Shown here piece after piece: positions 10,011-20,918 of a DNA stretch of 64,000 nt (position 1 is its first letter; each line of letters opens with the position of its first letter). This DNA is from Fidelibacterota bacterium. Lineage in GTDB: Bacteria; Fidelibacterota; Marinisomatia; SCGC-AAA003-L08; TS1B11. The notes under the pieces are model-generated. The model made no database searches, was not told where the DNA came from, and was given only the letters and a program-made list of their open reading frames with translations. Made by a program: the position numbers and the translations under genes. The stretch covers positions 156,654-220,653 of the forward strand of contig SCKJ01000003.1 in the NCBI GenBank assembly GCA_004124875.1, in the 5' to 3' direction.

Positions 10011-11888
10011 ATGAGCGAGACCAAGAAGGGTGTCCGTAAAAACGTTGAGAGCATAGAACAGGTCACGATCCGTTTCGCTGGGGATTCGGGCGATGGTATG
10101 CAACTCACCGGCAGCCAGTTTACCGAAACCACGGCGATGATGGGTAACGACCTGGCAACCCTCCCCGATTATCCAGCGGAGATTCGCGCCCCTGCCGGTT
10201 CGCTTGCCGGAGTCAGTTCGTTTCAATTACAGTTTGCCAGCAAGAGTATTCAAACGCCGGGGGATGAGCCCGATGTGCTGGTGGCAATGAATCCGGCCGC
10301 CTTGAAAGTTCATCTGCCGGAGTTGCGCAAGAATGGCCTCGTCATTGCCAATTCCGCTAATTTCACCAAGCGGAACCTGAGCCTGGCCGGATGGGACTCC
10401 AACCCCCTTGAAGATGACAAGGTCATGGGCGAATACCGGCTGGTGCAGGTCGATATGACCCGGCTGGTGACCTCCGCGGTTGAAGATTTGAAGCTCCCCA
10501 ACAAGATTGTGGCGCGGTCCACCAACATGTTTGCCCTGGGCATTCTCTACTGGCTCTACGGCCGTTCCCTGGATCCGACAAAAGATTTCATTAAAGATAA
10601 ATTCAAGAAACGGCCTGAAATTGTAGAAGCGAACATCCGCGCGTTGGATGCCGGATTCAACTATGGCGACACCATTGAAGCCATCTCAACCAGCTATGTC
10701 GTGGCCAAGGCCGAGATGGCGCCTGGCGTGTACCGCAACATTATGGGCAACCAGGCGTTGGCGTTAGGGCTGCTTGCAGCCGCCCATAAAAGCGGCCTGC
10801 AGCTGGTTTACTCCGGATATCCCATTACGCCAGCCAGCGATATTCTGCACATGCTGGCCAGCTACAAAAATTTCGGAGTGGTTACCTTCCAGGCCGAAGA
10901 CGAAATCGCGGCGGTGACCGCTACCATTGGCGCCGCCTTTGCGGGGGCGCTCGCCATTACCGGCACCTCTGGACCGGGACTGGCCTTAAAAGGTGAAGGG
11001 CTCGGTTTGGCCATCACCACGGAACTGCCGCTGGTGGTCATCAATGTGCAGCGTGGCGGACCCAGTACGGGGCTGCCGACCAAAACTGAGCAGTCAGACT
11101 TGAACCAGGCGATGTATGGCCGCAACGGCGAATCGCCCATGGTTGTTCTGGCAGCGGCCACCGCATCGGATTGCTTCATGATGGCCTTTGAAGCCTGCCG
11201 CATCGCTCTGGAACATATGGTGCCGGTGCTGCTGCTGTCGGACAGCTACATCGGCAGCGGATCGGAACCGTGGCTGATTCCGGACCTGGATACAATACCG
11301 GAGATCAAGAATCGCAAGGTGAGTGCAGGCGGGGAAGATTTTTCCGCCTTTCAGATTGCCTCGGAGGAGGCTATGGCGCGCTCCTGGGCCGTACCGGGCA
11401 CGCCGGGGCTGGAACATCGCATCGGTGGATTGGAGAAAGATATCATTACCGGCAACGTGAACTATGATGCCCACAACCACCAGGCTATGACGGATAGGCG
11501 GCAGAAGAAAGTGGATGTGCTGGCGAATTACTTTCCGCTGGCGGAGGTGCTGGGCGAGGAGACCGGGGACTTGCTCATACTGGGCTGGGGATCGACTTTT
11601 GGCGCCATTCGGACGGCCACATTAAAACTTCAGGAACAGGGCCACCGGGTATCCCACCTCCATCTGCGGCACTTGAATCCTTTTCCCCGGAACCTGGGTG
11701 AATTACTGCTCAAGTTCCCCAAAATTCTCGTGCCGGAGCTGAACAACGGCCAGCTGGTGAAAATCATTCGTGGCGAATTTCTCACCGACGCGCAGCCGTA
11801 CAATAAAATGCAGGGGCGCCCGTTCGTGCCCAGTGAAATTGAACGTAAAGCGTTAACAATATTGAAGGAGACCTCTAATGTCAGCTGA
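10011..11888 (+). CDS. korA: 2-oxoacid:ferredoxin oxidoreductase alpha subunit
   Basis: 625-aa protein with a 2-oxoacid:ferredoxin oxidoreductase alpha-subunit architecture (PFOR domains III+I). Its stop overlaps the start of the TPP-binding beta subunit. Confidence 0.8.
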   Translation: MSETKKGVRKNVESIEQVTIRFAGDSGDGMQLTGSQFTETTAMMGNDLATLPDYPAEIRAPAGSLAGVSSFQLQFASKSIQTPGDEPDVLVAMNPAALKVHLPELRKNGLVIANSANFTKRNLSLAGWDSNPLEDDKVMGEYRLVQVDMTRLVTSAVEDLKLPNKIVARSTNMFALGILYWLYGRSLDPTKDFIKDKFKKRPEIVEANIRALDAGFNYGDTIEAISTSYVVAKAEMAPGVYRNIMGNQALALGLLAAAHKSGLQLVYSGYPITPASDILHMLASYKNFGVVTFQAEDEIAAVTATIGAAFAGALAITGTSGPGLALKGEGLGLAITTELPLVVINVQRGGPSTGLPTKTEQSDLNQAMYGRNGESPMVVLAAATASDCFMMAFEACRIALEHMVPVLLLSDSYIGSGSEPWLIPDLDTIPEIKNRKVSAGGEDFSAFQIASEEAMARSWAVPGTPGLEHRIGGLEKDIITGNVNYDAHNHQAMTDRRQKKVDVLANYFPLAEVLGEETGDLLILGWGSTFGAIRTATLKLQEQGHRVSHLHLRHLNPFPRNLGELLLKFPKILVPELNNGQLVKIIRGEFLTDAQPYNKMQGRPFVPSEIERKALTILKETSNVS

Positions 11889-12909
11889 CACAGCCGCGCC
11901 AGCGGCGCCGGCCTTAACCAGGAAAGATTTTACTTCGGACCAGATGGTACGATGGTGCCCCGGCTGTGGAGATTATTCCATTTTGGCCCAGGTGCAGAAA
12001 ACTTTCCCCGATATGAATATGCCCAAAGAAAATTTCGTGTTTATTTCCGGTATCGGTTGCTCGAGCCGCTTCCCGTACTACATGGATACCTATGGATTCC
12101 ATACCATCCATGGGCGCGGAATGACCGTGGCCACAGGTGTGAAGCTGGCCAATCCCGAATTAAGCGTCTGGCTGGTGACCGGCGATGGAGACAGCATGAG
12201 CATCGGCGGCAATCATCTGATCCATCTGTTGCGGCGAAATCTCGATATCAACTTGATGATGTTCAACAACCGCATTTACGGGCTGACCAAGGGGCAGTAC
12301 TCGCCTACTTCGGAGAAAGGCAAAGTGACCAAGAGCTCGCCGTTTGGTTCGCTCGATCATGCCTTTAACCCCCCGGCCCTGGCGCTGGGCGCTTCGGCCA
12401 CTTTCATCGGGCGCAGTCTTGATGTGGATGCCAAACATTTGCAGACCATGATTGCCGAGGCTTACGCCCATGTTGGCACGTCGTTCCTGGAGATTTACCA
12501 GAACTGCCTCATATTCAATGACAATGCCTTCGATGACTACTCCGACAAGGAGACCAAAGGGGTTCGCCAACTGTTGCTGGAAGACGGTCAGCCGATGGTC
12601 TTTGGTCCCGAACGGAACCTCGGCATCCGCTTCGAAGGGCACCGGCCCCAGGTGGTCGACCTCACCAATGGGAAATGGTCGCTCGATGACCTGGTCGTCC
12701 ATGACAAGACTGACAAGATGCTGGCCCTTATGCTTTGCGACCTGACTTATCAGCCGGACTTTCCGACCCCCTTCGGAGTCATATATCAGGTCGAAAAAGT
12801 AAGCTACGAATCACAAGTATATCAGCAGATAGACGACGCCATCGAAAAGTTGGGCAAAGGGGACCTGAAGAAACTGCTGAAGTCCGGCCACACCTGGACT
12901 GTAGATTGA
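11878..12909 (+). CDS. korB: 2-oxoacid:ferredoxin oxidoreductase beta subunit (TPP-binding)
   Basis: Thiamine-diphosphate-binding motif (GDGDSMSIGGNHLIHLLRRNLDINLMMFNNRIYGLTKGQ) with a conserved Cys-rich N-terminus (CPGCGDY). It overlaps korA by 11 nt. Confidence 0.85.
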   Translation: MSADTAAPAAPALTRKDFTSDQMVRWCPGCGDYSILAQVQKTFPDMNMPKENFVFISGIGCSSRFPYYMDTYGFHTIHGRGMTVATGVKLANPELSVWLVTGDGDSMSIGGNHLIHLLRRNLDINLMMFNNRIYGLTKGQYSPTSEKGKVTKSSPFGSLDHAFNPPALALGASATFIGRSLDVDAKHLQTMIAEAYAHVGTSFLEIYQNCLIFNDNAFDDYSDKETKGVRQLLLEDGQPMVFGPERNLGIRFEGHRPQVVDLTNGKWSLDDLVVHDKTDKMLALMLCDLTYQPDFPTPFGVIYQVEKVSYESQVYQQIDDAIEKLGKGDLKKLLKSGHTWTVD

Positions 12910-12923
12910 TGGCGTGAAAGGAG

Positions 12924-13460
12924 TTGAGAATGTTCGAAGAACTCGATGACGAATTACAACAGATGGATGAGCGGGAGCAGGACGCGCCGGAATTGGCCGC
13001 GGCGGTCCATCTGGATGACCCCATCAGCGTCTTGCAGTTACAGGCGCTTAGCCTGGTGCATCCCGACACGGTGATGAATACGGCCCTGGATATACTCAAT
13101 GAGAAAAATATAGGTTGCCTGCTGGTCGAGGAGAATGACCAGCTCGTAGGTATATTTACTGAGCGCGATGTGCTTCGCCGCGTCGTGAACCGTGGCCTTG
13201 ACTATACCAAAGCGCTGGTGGGCGAGTATATGACACCCAAGCCGGACACCTTGCGCATGGGGGATTCCGTGGCCCACGCCCTGAACCACATGTACGACCG
13301 TGGTTACCGCCATATTCCTATCATCGACAAGAATAATAAGGCGTTGGGATTCATTTCCATCAGAGACATTGTGAATCATCTGGCGACGTTTTACCGCAAA
13401 GAGATTCTTAACGTGCCGCCCAAGCCGGTCCGTACCATGTCCGACCGCGAAGGGGGCTAG
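12924..13460 (+). CDS. CBS domain pair protein
   Basis: Two CBS-like modules (VGIFTERDVLRRVV...; GFISIRDIV). Confidence 0.65.
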   Translation: MRMFEELDDELQQMDEREQDAPELAAAVHLDDPISVLQLQALSLVHPDTVMNTALDILNEKNIGCLLVEENDQLVGIFTERDVLRRVVNRGLDYTKALVGEYMTPKPDTLRMGDSVAHALNHMYDRGYRHIPIIDKNNKALGFISIRDIVNHLATFYRKEILNVPPKPVRTMSDREGG

Positions 13461-13485
13461 CAGCGGCGTGAAAGGCTAGTCGAAG

Positions 13486-14880
13486 TTGGGCACACGCCTC
13501 GAACGCGACTCCATGGGGGAGATGCAGGTCCCCGACAGCGCCTACTATGGCGCTCAGACCCAACGGGCCGTTGAAAATTTCCCCGTCAGCGGCAAAACCA
13601 TCCCCATCGGCATGATCCGTGCCCTCGGCATGATCAAAAAGGCAGCGGCGAAAGTCAATGCCGCGCTGGGGCTGCTCGACGGCGAACGTTCCGCGGCCAT
13701 CATCCAGGCGGCGCAGGAAGTTATTGACGGTAAACACGACGACCAGTTTCCCATTGACGTTTACCAGACCGGCTCGGGCACCTCCAGCAATATGAATGCC
13801 AACGAGGTGATCGGCAACCGGGCCAGCGAACTGATGGGGGGCGTCATCGGCTCGCGGGAGCCGGTGCACCCCAACGATCATGTGAACATGGGGCAGTCGA
13901 GCAATGACGTCATTCCCACCTCCATCCATGTGGCTGCCGCAGTCGCTTTATCGCGCGATCTGCTGCCCGCGCTGGATGCGTTGCTGGCCTCCCTGGCCCA
14001 AAAGTCAAAAGATTTTGACCACGTGATGAAGCTCGGCCGGACCCATTTACAGGACGCCACACCGATGCGGCTGGGCCAGGAATTTTCAGGCTATGCCCAG
14101 ATGGTGGCCAACGGCAGCGCGCGGATCAGGCAGGCGACCGGGGCCGTGTTGCGGCTGGCGCAGGGTGGGACGGCTGTCGGCACCGGCATCAATACGCATG
14201 TTGAATTTGGCGCCCGCATGGCGGCGGCGCTGAGCGCAGAGACAGACCTGTCCTTTATTGAAGCGCCCAACCATTTTGAGGCTCAGGGCTCGGCTGATTC
14301 GGCGGTCGAAGTTTCCGGCGCGCTGAAAACGGTGGCCGTCTCTTTGAGCAAAATCGCCAACGATATCCGCTGGCTCGGATCGGGTCCCAGAGCGGGGCTA
14401 GGCGAACTGAAGCTGCCTGCTGTGCAGCCAGGGTCGAGTATTATGCCGGGGAAAGTCAACCCCGTGATTTGCGAATCGCTCATCATGGCTTCGGCGCAGG
14501 TGATTGGCAATGACGCCGCGGTCACGGTAGGGGGGCTCGGCGGCGTATTCGAGCTGAACTTGATGCTCCCCATGATCGCCCATAATCTGCTCGACAGCAT
14601 TACTGTGCTGACCGGCGCGGCCAACATGTTCAGGGAGAAGTTGCTGGACAAACTGGAAGCCGATGAGCAGACTTGCGCCGACTATATTGAAGGCAGCCTC
14701 GCCATGAGCACTTCGCTGGCGCCGGTCATCGGGTATGATCAGGCGGCGGCCATCTCCAAGGAGGCCTACGCCACCGGCAAGACGGTGCGGCAGGTGGCGC
14801 TGGAAAAGGAAATATTGCCTGAAGCAGAGCTGACCAAGCTGCTTGACCCTGAGAGTATGACCCGGCCAAAGGAGGCTTGA
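13486..14880 (+). CDS. fumC: Fumarate hydratase class II
   Basis: N-terminal RLERDSMGEMQVPDSAYYGAQTQRAVENF and the family signature GSSIMPGKVNP. GAQTQR is fumarase-type rather than aspartase-type. Confidence 0.85.
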   Translation: MGTRLERDSMGEMQVPDSAYYGAQTQRAVENFPVSGKTIPIGMIRALGMIKKAAAKVNAALGLLDGERSAAIIQAAQEVIDGKHDDQFPIDVYQTGSGTSSNMNANEVIGNRASELMGGVIGSREPVHPNDHVNMGQSSNDVIPTSIHVAAAVALSRDLLPALDALLASLAQKSKDFDHVMKLGRTHLQDATPMRLGQEFSGYAQMVANGSARIRQATGAVLRLAQGGTAVGTGINTHVEFGARMAAALSAETDLSFIEAPNHFEAQGSADSAVEVSGALKTVAVSLSKIANDIRWLGSGPRAGLGELKLPAVQPGSSIMPGKVNPVICESLIMASAQVIGNDAAVTVGGLGGVFELNLMLPMIAHNLLDSITVLTGAANMFREKLLDKLEADEQTCADYIEGSLAMSTSLAPVIGYDQAAAISKEAYATGKTVRQVALEKEILPEAELTKLLDPESMTRPKEA

Positions 14881-14935
14881 GACATCGCCCTGATTGAACC
14901 ATCGGCAATACGGGGCGTAAGCTCATTGATGAACT

Positions 14936-17227
14936 ATGTTTAAGGACCTGCCACCCGATCACAGCGTAGCATGGGCTGAGGAAATGGCCAAGATGGGCGC
15001 CAAAAATGAGCCAGAGGCGGATTCCGAGCCGCCACCGCCGCCACCGCCGCAGAGGCACTGGCGCGCCGCCTTCAAGCAGGCGTTTTTGCTGATCGTTGCC
15101 GGGGGAGTTTTCCTCACCGGCTACCTCGCCTTTTTAGCCCGCGACCTCCCTTCGCTGCGGCAGCTGCAGGACTTCAGTCCCGCCACGGCTACCAAGATTC
15201 TGTCTCGCGACGGCAAACTCATATCAGAACTTTTTACCCAGCAGCGGGTGCTGATTTCACTGGACAAGATGCCGGTGGATGTACGGCATGCGGCCATCTC
15301 CATGGAAGACCGCAAATTTTATGATCATTGGGGCGTGTCGATGCGCTCGGTGGCCCGGGCCATCATGGTTGATCTGTCCACGCTCAGCTTCAGCCAGGGC
15401 TTCAGTTCGCTCACGCAGCAGCTGGCCCGCACCCTGTACGACCAGATCGGCTTCCGCAAGACCGTTAAGAGGAAAATCAAAGAAATCCTCACGGCCATTC
15501 AGATTGAGCGCACCTACACCAAGAATGAAATCCTCGAGATGTACCTTAACTCCGTCCATTTCGGCCACGGTACTTACGGCATCCAGGCCGCGGCCAGGGA
15601 GTACTACCAGAAAGATGCCCGCGATCTGAGCCTGGAGGAGTCCTCGACACTGATTGGGGTTCTGCCATCGCCGGCCAACTACAGCCCCAAGCGACACCCG
15701 GACAGGGCCTTCTGGCGGCGGAATCTCGTGCTGAGGTCGATGGTTGGCCAAGGCTACATTGCCGAGGATGAGTACGAGCGGCTGCGCTACAAACCGATGG
15801 CGGTACAGGAGCGCGAGCCTGTTCCGGGTTACGCGCCTTATTTCAGCGAGTACGTCCGGCGCATGATGGAAAAGGAAGACGACCAGTTGGGCATCAACCT
15901 GTACCGCGATGGGCTTTCGATCCACACCACGCTCGATACGCGCATGCAGGATATCGCCGAAAGGATTTTCCAGGAGGAGATTGACAGGAGCCAGGCCGTT
16001 TTGAACAAAGCTTTCCTTGAAGATGACAGCCTGATTTACAGCGTCATCGACACCCTTCTATACCCCATGGACAGCCTGAAGATGATCATCCGTGGAGAGT
16101 TGCGCGTCCCCGAAGATCTGCGCGACCGGCTGCTGGTGCAGGGCGCTTTTATCCTCCTGGAAAATGATACCGGCAATATTCTAGCCATGATCGGGGGCCG
16201 GGGAGACTACCCCGATTACTTTAACCGCGCCAGCCAGGCCCAGCGGCAGCCGGGGTCCACTTTTAAGCCGATGCTGTACATCACTGCCATCGATAAAGGG
16301 TTTCCCGTTTCGACCCTGCTGCTGAACCAGTCCTTGGCCAGCACCGGCCATGATTTGGTGGACCGCCAGCCGGGGGCCCTGGTCGATACCAGTGTGTGGA
16401 ACCCGCAGAATGACGACGGCTCATCCAGCGGTCTGGTAACGATGAGGATCGGCCTGAAACGGTCGCTCAACATTATCTCTGCGCGCATGATACAGGAACT
16501 GGTGACACCGGTAGAAGTCGTCAAAATGGCCAAAAGATTCCAGTTTACCACTCCGATGCGGGCCGTGCGGGCCATCTCACTGGGTACCAGTGAAGTGATT
16601 CCGCTGGAGATCACCGCCTCCTACGCCGCTGTTGCCAATCACGGCGTTTGGGTGGATCCCATTGCCGTGAGCCGGGTGGTGGACCGGCGTGGAAAGACAT
16701 TGCGCGAGTTTATTCCCGAACGCAAGGAGGTCATCAGGGCCGACAAGGCTTACCTGCTGCTTGACCTGATGCGCGGCGTCATGAATGGCGGCACGGGATC
16801 GAGGGCGCGTTGGATGTACCAGTTCAACCGGCCGGCAGCAGGCAAAACAGGCACCACCGACAACTGGACCGATGCCTGGTTTATCGGCTTCACGCCTCAT
16901 CTATCGGGCGGCGTATGGTTTGGCGTGGACGATCCCCGGGTCAGCTTGGGAAAGAATCAGTATGGGAACGAGGTGGCGCTGCCTGTTTGGGCGCGCATCA
17001 TGCGTGAAATCCACCAGACGTTTGATCTGCCGCGATCATCATGGAAAATGCCCGATGGCCTGGCGACAATGAAAATTTGCGCCGTCACCAAAGACCGGCC
17101 CACGGCGTACTGCCCCACCGAACGGGAGATTTTCCTTACCGGGACCGAACCCCCCGACACCTGCGAGATCCACACCAGTATCGATACCGAAACGTATGAC
17201 CCTGACGACGATATTTTCCTGAATTGA
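14936..17227 (+). CDS. mrcA: Class A penicillin-binding protein (transglycosylase/transpeptidase, PBP1A)
   Basis: N-terminal TM anchor after a Pro-rich stretch; GT51 transglycosylase motifs (EDRKFYDHWGV, RQGASTITQQLAR-like FSSLTQQLAR); transpeptidase motifs (SxxK region STFKP, KTGTT). Confidence 0.85.
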   Translation: MFKDLPPDHSVAWAEEMAKMGAKNEPEADSEPPPPPPPQRHWRAAFKQAFLLIVAGGVFLTGYLAFLARDLPSLRQLQDFSPATATKILSRDGKLISELFTQQRVLISLDKMPVDVRHAAISMEDRKFYDHWGVSMRSVARAIMVDLSTLSFSQGFSSLTQQLARTLYDQIGFRKTVKRKIKEILTAIQIERTYTKNEILEMYLNSVHFGHGTYGIQAAAREYYQKDARDLSLEESSTLIGVLPSPANYSPKRHPDRAFWRRNLVLRSMVGQGYIAEDEYERLRYKPMAVQEREPVPGYAPYFSEYVRRMMEKEDDQLGINLYRDGLSIHTTLDTRMQDIAERIFQEEIDRSQAVLNKAFLEDDSLIYSVIDTLLYPMDSLKMIIRGELRVPEDLRDRLLVQGAFILLENDTGNILAMIGGRGDYPDYFNRASQAQRQPGSTFKPMLYITAIDKGFPVSTLLLNQSLASTGHDLVDRQPGALVDTSVWNPQNDDGSSSGLVTMRIGLKRSLNIISARMIQELVTPVEVVKMAKRFQFTTPMRAVRAISLGTSEVIPLEITASYAAVANHGVWVDPIAVSRVVDRRGKTLREFIPERKEVIRADKAYLLLDLMRGVMNGGTGSRARWMYQFNRPAAGKTGTTDNWTDAWFIGFTPHLSGGVWFGVDDPRVSLGKNQYGNEVALPVWARIMREIHQTFDLPRSSWKMPDGLATMKICAVTKDRPTAYCPTEREIFLTGTEPPDTCEIHTSIDTETYDPDDDIFLN

Positions 17228-17324
17228 CAACCCCTCGAAGCGGCCTCTCCGTGGCGACAGTGGGAATGCGGATAGTGCGCCCTTAACTTAAGCCAGACCA
17301 GAAGTCACCCCGACCTCACAATTT

Positions 17325-18728
17325 ATGTTACGCGCATTTCTATACTGGGTATCACAGAAACGATGGCTTTTGATCGCCGCCGTGATCGCCACTATTTTCT
17401 ACCACTCGCCCTATCCGGATGGTATCTCCGCCGCCGGCTACCGGTCGATAATTTTGATGTTTATTGTGGTGGTCCTGATTGTGAGCGAGGCGGTGCCACT
17501 GCCTGCAATTGCGTTGCTCATCGCCGTCCTGCAGGTCGTTTTCGCCATTGCCGAGCCGTCGGAAGTGGCCCAGTCGTACATGAGCGACTCGGTATTTTTC
17601 ATCATGGGCTCACTGATGTTGGCCGTGGCAATCGTGCGGCAGGGACTGGATGCGCGGCTGACGCTGATCATTCTATCGCTGACCGGCAACGGCGTCAAGG
17701 CCATCATGTGGGGTTTTTTCCTGATCTCCATGCTGCTGACTTCCTTCATGGGTGAGCACACCATCGTCGCCATGCTTTTGCCGGTGGTATTGACGCTGGT
17801 GCGCTACACGTCCGATGATGCCGACGAGGTTAAAGAGTTGGGCAAGCTGTTCCTGTTTGCCATCGCCTACGGCTCGATCCTGGGCTCGTTCGGGACCCCG
17901 TCTGGCGGCGCTAGAAACGCCATCATGATTGAGTATCTCTCCGATTTCGGGCTGGCCAAAATCAGCTATGCCGCCTGGATGGCCTACACCTATCCGCTGA
18001 TGCTCGTTATGGCGCCGTTCGCTGGTTTCATGCTTTCGAGGTCGTTTAAGCCGTCGCAGGTCCGCCTTGACAGCGCCGTCGAAAAATTGCGCGCGCAGGT
18101 TGGCGACACCGGAAAGCTCAACGGACAGCAGATGCTCTCCATCTTTTTCTTTGTGCTCATTTTCCTGGCCTGGATATTCATGAGCGATCGCATCGGCATC
18201 GGCATCATTGCCCTGGCAGGCGTCTTCCTTTATCTCGCCGCTGGACTGGTCGAGTGGCAGGAGATCAACTCCCGGACCAATTGGGGCGTGGTGCTGCTGT
18301 ATGCCGGCGCCATTTCGCTTGGGTTGCAACTGAAAAATACCGGCGCTGCGCTGTGGCTCACCACCCATCTGCTGTCGGTGTTCGGTACCTTGCTGGACCA
18401 GGTGGAAGCGCTGCGGTATGTGTTGGTAGGTGTCCTCACTACTGTGGTTGTTAATATCATGAGTCCCAGCGCGAGCGTGGCGGTGCTAGGTCCGATATTT
18501 ATCAATTTCGGAGGCGATCCGGTGCTGCTGGGCATGGAGACCGCCGTCGCTTCGGCGTTTGGATTTATGACGGTAGTGGGATCGGCAGCGGGCATGATCA
18601 TCGCCTCCACCGGCATTATCGGTAGCAAAGATTTTCTGCGGGTAGGAATAAAATTTACGATTCTCGCTAACGTTCTGTTGATATTGGCTATCATGTTTTA
18701 CTGGCCATTTCTCAGGAGCGCCCTGTAA
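17325..18728 (+). CDS. Polytopic anion/ion permease (ArsB/NhaD-DASS superfamily-like)
   Basis: 467 aa and almost entirely hydrophobic, with an internally duplicated topology. Family assignment rests on general resemblance only. Confidence 0.55.
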   Translation: MLRAFLYWVSQKRWLLIAAVIATIFYHSPYPDGISAAGYRSIILMFIVVVLIVSEAVPLPAIALLIAVLQVVFAIAEPSEVAQSYMSDSVFFIMGSLMLAVAIVRQGLDARLTLIILSLTGNGVKAIMWGFFLISMLLTSFMGEHTIVAMLLPVVLTLVRYTSDDADEVKELGKLFLFAIAYGSILGSFGTPSGGARNAIMIEYLSDFGLAKISYAAWMAYTYPLMLVMAPFAGFMLSRSFKPSQVRLDSAVEKLRAQVGDTGKLNGQQMLSIFFFVLIFLAWIFMSDRIGIGIIALAGVFLYLAAGLVEWQEINSRTNWGVVLLYAGAISLGLQLKNTGAALWLTTHLLSVFGTLLDQVEALRYVLVGVLTTVVVNIMSPSASVAVLGPIFINFGGDPVLLGMETAVASAFGFMTVVGSAAGMIIASTGIIGSKDFLRVGIKFTILANVLLILAIMFYWPFLRSAL

Positions 18729-18744
18729 TGAATAGGGGATAACC

Positions 18745-19620
18745 ATGCAGTTTCTGGTAGCCATTAGAAGTACCATTTACTCAGCCCGGACGTTGGAGAT
18801 TGCCACCTCCCTGGCCAAGGGCTTCAAGGCCGACCTCTCGGTGGTGTATGTGGGCGACCAACCCAAGGAGCTGTTGAGCGAGGGGGTTCATCTATCCCGG
18901 GACGCCATGCTGAACTGGCAGATCCACCATCCTGGTGTGGAAGTTTTGCGGTGGGCCTACAAGTGCATGCAGGAGAGCGAGTTCATTGATCCGGAAATCG
19001 AGGAGTTTGATCCCACCGATCTGGTGGAAGACGCGGGCCGGATCAGAGTGGTGGTGCCGCAGGCCGACGGTGAAAAAGTGCGCCTGATTCTTCGCGAGGG
19101 CGAGACCGTTGACCAGCTGAAAAAAGAGACGGAATACCGCGACTATATCCTGACCGTCGTCGGGGGTGGAAGCCGGAAACGGCTGGCCCGTCGACTGGTC
19201 CAGTTTGTCGATACCAGCCTGCTGTTCGTCAAGAATTATGATCCTGATCTGAATTACAAGCTGCTGCTGTGCGTGGACGATTCCGGCGCAACTCGCAGGG
19301 CCGTCAGTTTCGCGGCCAGGGTGGCGTATTTCCTGCAAACGGAAATCAAGGCCGTTACGGTAAGCAAGACCAAAAAGTTTGGCCCCGGATACACGGCGGC
19401 CGCCAACTGGGCCCAACGCTATCTGGACAAGACGGGGGTCAGTTATACGCACGAATTTATCTCAGGCGACCCGGTGAAAACTTTCGTCGAACGTGCCGGG
19501 AGCGACCATATCATTGTTATCGGAAAGAGCTTATCGAGCCCCATCGCCAACTTTTTGCGCTCATCCAAACCGGCCGAAACCCTCCTGAAGGCCAATACGC
19601 CCGTCGTTCTGGTGAAATAA
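18745..19620 (+). CDS. Universal stress protein family (tandem Usp-like)
   Basis: Two alpha/beta Usp-like halves, each with a C-terminal hydrophobic patch (...VVVK). Weak assignment. Confidence 0.45.
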   Translation: MQFLVAIRSTIYSARTLEIATSLAKGFKADLSVVYVGDQPKELLSEGVHLSRDAMLNWQIHHPGVEVLRWAYKCMQESEFIDPEIEEFDPTDLVEDAGRIRVVVPQADGEKVRLILREGETVDQLKKETEYRDYILTVVGGGSRKRLARRLVQFVDTSLLFVKNYDPDLNYKLLLCVDDSGATRRAVSFAARVAYFLQTEIKAVTVSKTKKFGPGYTAAANWAQRYLDKTGVSYTHEFISGDPVKTFVERAGSDHIIVIGKSLSSPIANFLRSSKPAETLLKANTPVVLVK

Positions 19621-19631
19621 GTTCCCCTGCT

Positions 19632-20918
19632 GTGACTTCCAAACAGGTTGAGCGCCGATACCTGCTCATTACAGGCATCTATAACCTTTCAGCGTCGCTG
19701 ATATGGGGCGTTAACACTCTGTTTTTAATGAACGCGGGTCTCGATATTTTCGAGGTCTTCATCACCAACGGGGTGTTTACGGCCAGCATGTCCCTGTTTG
19801 AAATTCCCACCGGGGTGTTGGCAGACACCAGGGGCCGGCGGGCCTCCTTCCTGCTGAGCGTGGGCATCATACTGCTGGGCACTTTGGGCTATGTCTGGGT
19901 GGCCGAGTCCTCCGGCAGCCTGATGATGTTTAACGTCATGTCGATTACCCTGGGGCTGGGCTATACCTTTTATTCCGGGGCCGTTGACGCCTGGCTGGTT
20001 GATGCCCTCACCGCCACCGGATTTAAGGGAGAACTCGATCAGGTTTTTGCTCGCGGCGGCATCGTGTTCGGTGCGGCCATGCTGGTCGGCACCCTAGGGG
20101 GCGGCCTGCTGGGCACGTTGGATCTGTCCCTGCCCTATGTGGTACGGGCGGTGCTGTTGGCCGGTGTGTTTGTGGTCGCCTGGAAAGGGATGCACGATAT
20201 TGGATATACACCGAGGACCATGAAGTTGCGCGAACTGCCTGCCGAAATGAAATTAATCGCCATGGCCAGCGTGCGTCACGGATGGCAGGTGCAGGGCATA
20301 AAACTGTTGATGCTGGCAGCCATGATGCAGGCCTTTTTCATGGCGTGGGGTTTTCATTCATGGCAGCCCTACTTTCTGGGTCTCCTGCAACGCGAAGATG
20401 CCATCTGGATAGCCGGCATTATCGCCGCTTTAGTGGCAGTCTCCGCGATGATCGGGAACGCCATGGTGGGTTGGCTGGGGCGCACATTCCGGCGGCGGAC
20501 ATCCATACTCATGGTCGCCGGCATTTTGATGGGGCTCGGCGCTATCGCCGTGGGCCTGGCCGATAATTTCTACCTCGCCGTCGGACTCTACCTGTTATCG
20601 ACCATCTCCTTTGGACTCATGGGTCCGGTGAGACAGGCCTACCTGCACAAGATGATTCCATCCGAGCAGCGTGCCACCATTATCTCCTTCGATTCCCTGG
20701 TAGGCAACCTTGGCAGCGTCGGTGGGCAGGTGGGGCTGGGCTATCTTGCCCGGCAGCAGTCATTGTCGATAGGTTATATCAGTGGCGGTATGATTTCGCT
20801 GTTGTCACTGCCGATACTGCTCCTTCTCCGGCGCCTCAGTCTGCCGGCGGACAGCATGGGCGGCAGCAGCAGTGGCAGTAGCAGTGGCAGTAGCAGTGGC
20901 AGTGACAGTGAGCAGTAG
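19632..20918 (+). CDS. MFS transporter with C-terminal (GSS)n low-complexity tail
   Basis: 12-TM-like hydrophobic profile with an MFS-like D-R/K-x-G-R-R motif (ADTRGRRASF). The track ORF 19269-20918 overlaps the usp gene in another frame, so the start was moved to the in-frame GTG at 19632 (ATG at 19728 is an alternative). The C-terminal GGSSSGSSSGSSSGSD is encoded by a (GCAGTG)n repeat. Confidence 0.65.
   Translation: MTSKQVERRYLLITGIYNLSASLIWGVNTLFLMNAGLDIFEVFITNGVFTASMSLFEIPTGVLADTRGRRASFLLSVGIILLGTLGYVWVAESSGSLMMFNVMSITLGLGYTFYSGAVDAWLVDALTATGFKGELDQVFARGGIVFGAAMLVGTLGGGLLGTLDLSLPYVVRAVLLAGVFVVAWKGMHDIGYTPRTMKLRELPAEMKLIAMASVRHGWQVQGIKLLMLAAMMQAFFMAWGFHSWQPYFLGLLQREDAIWIAGIIAALVAVSAMIGNAMVGWLGRTFRRRTSILMVAGILMGLGAIAVGLADNFYLAVGLYLLSTISFGLMGPVRQAYLHKMIPSEQRATIISFDSLVGNLGSVGGQVGLGYLARQQSLSIGYISGGMISLLSLPILLLLRRLSLPADSMGGSSSGSSSGSSSGSDSEQ

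Noticed and set aside
19269-19631. 5' extension of the MFS ORF (track start 19269)
   Set aside because: The extension overlaps the usp gene in a different frame and encodes Arg/Gly-rich non-membrane sequence. The start was moved to the in-frame GTG at 19632 just after the usp stop.
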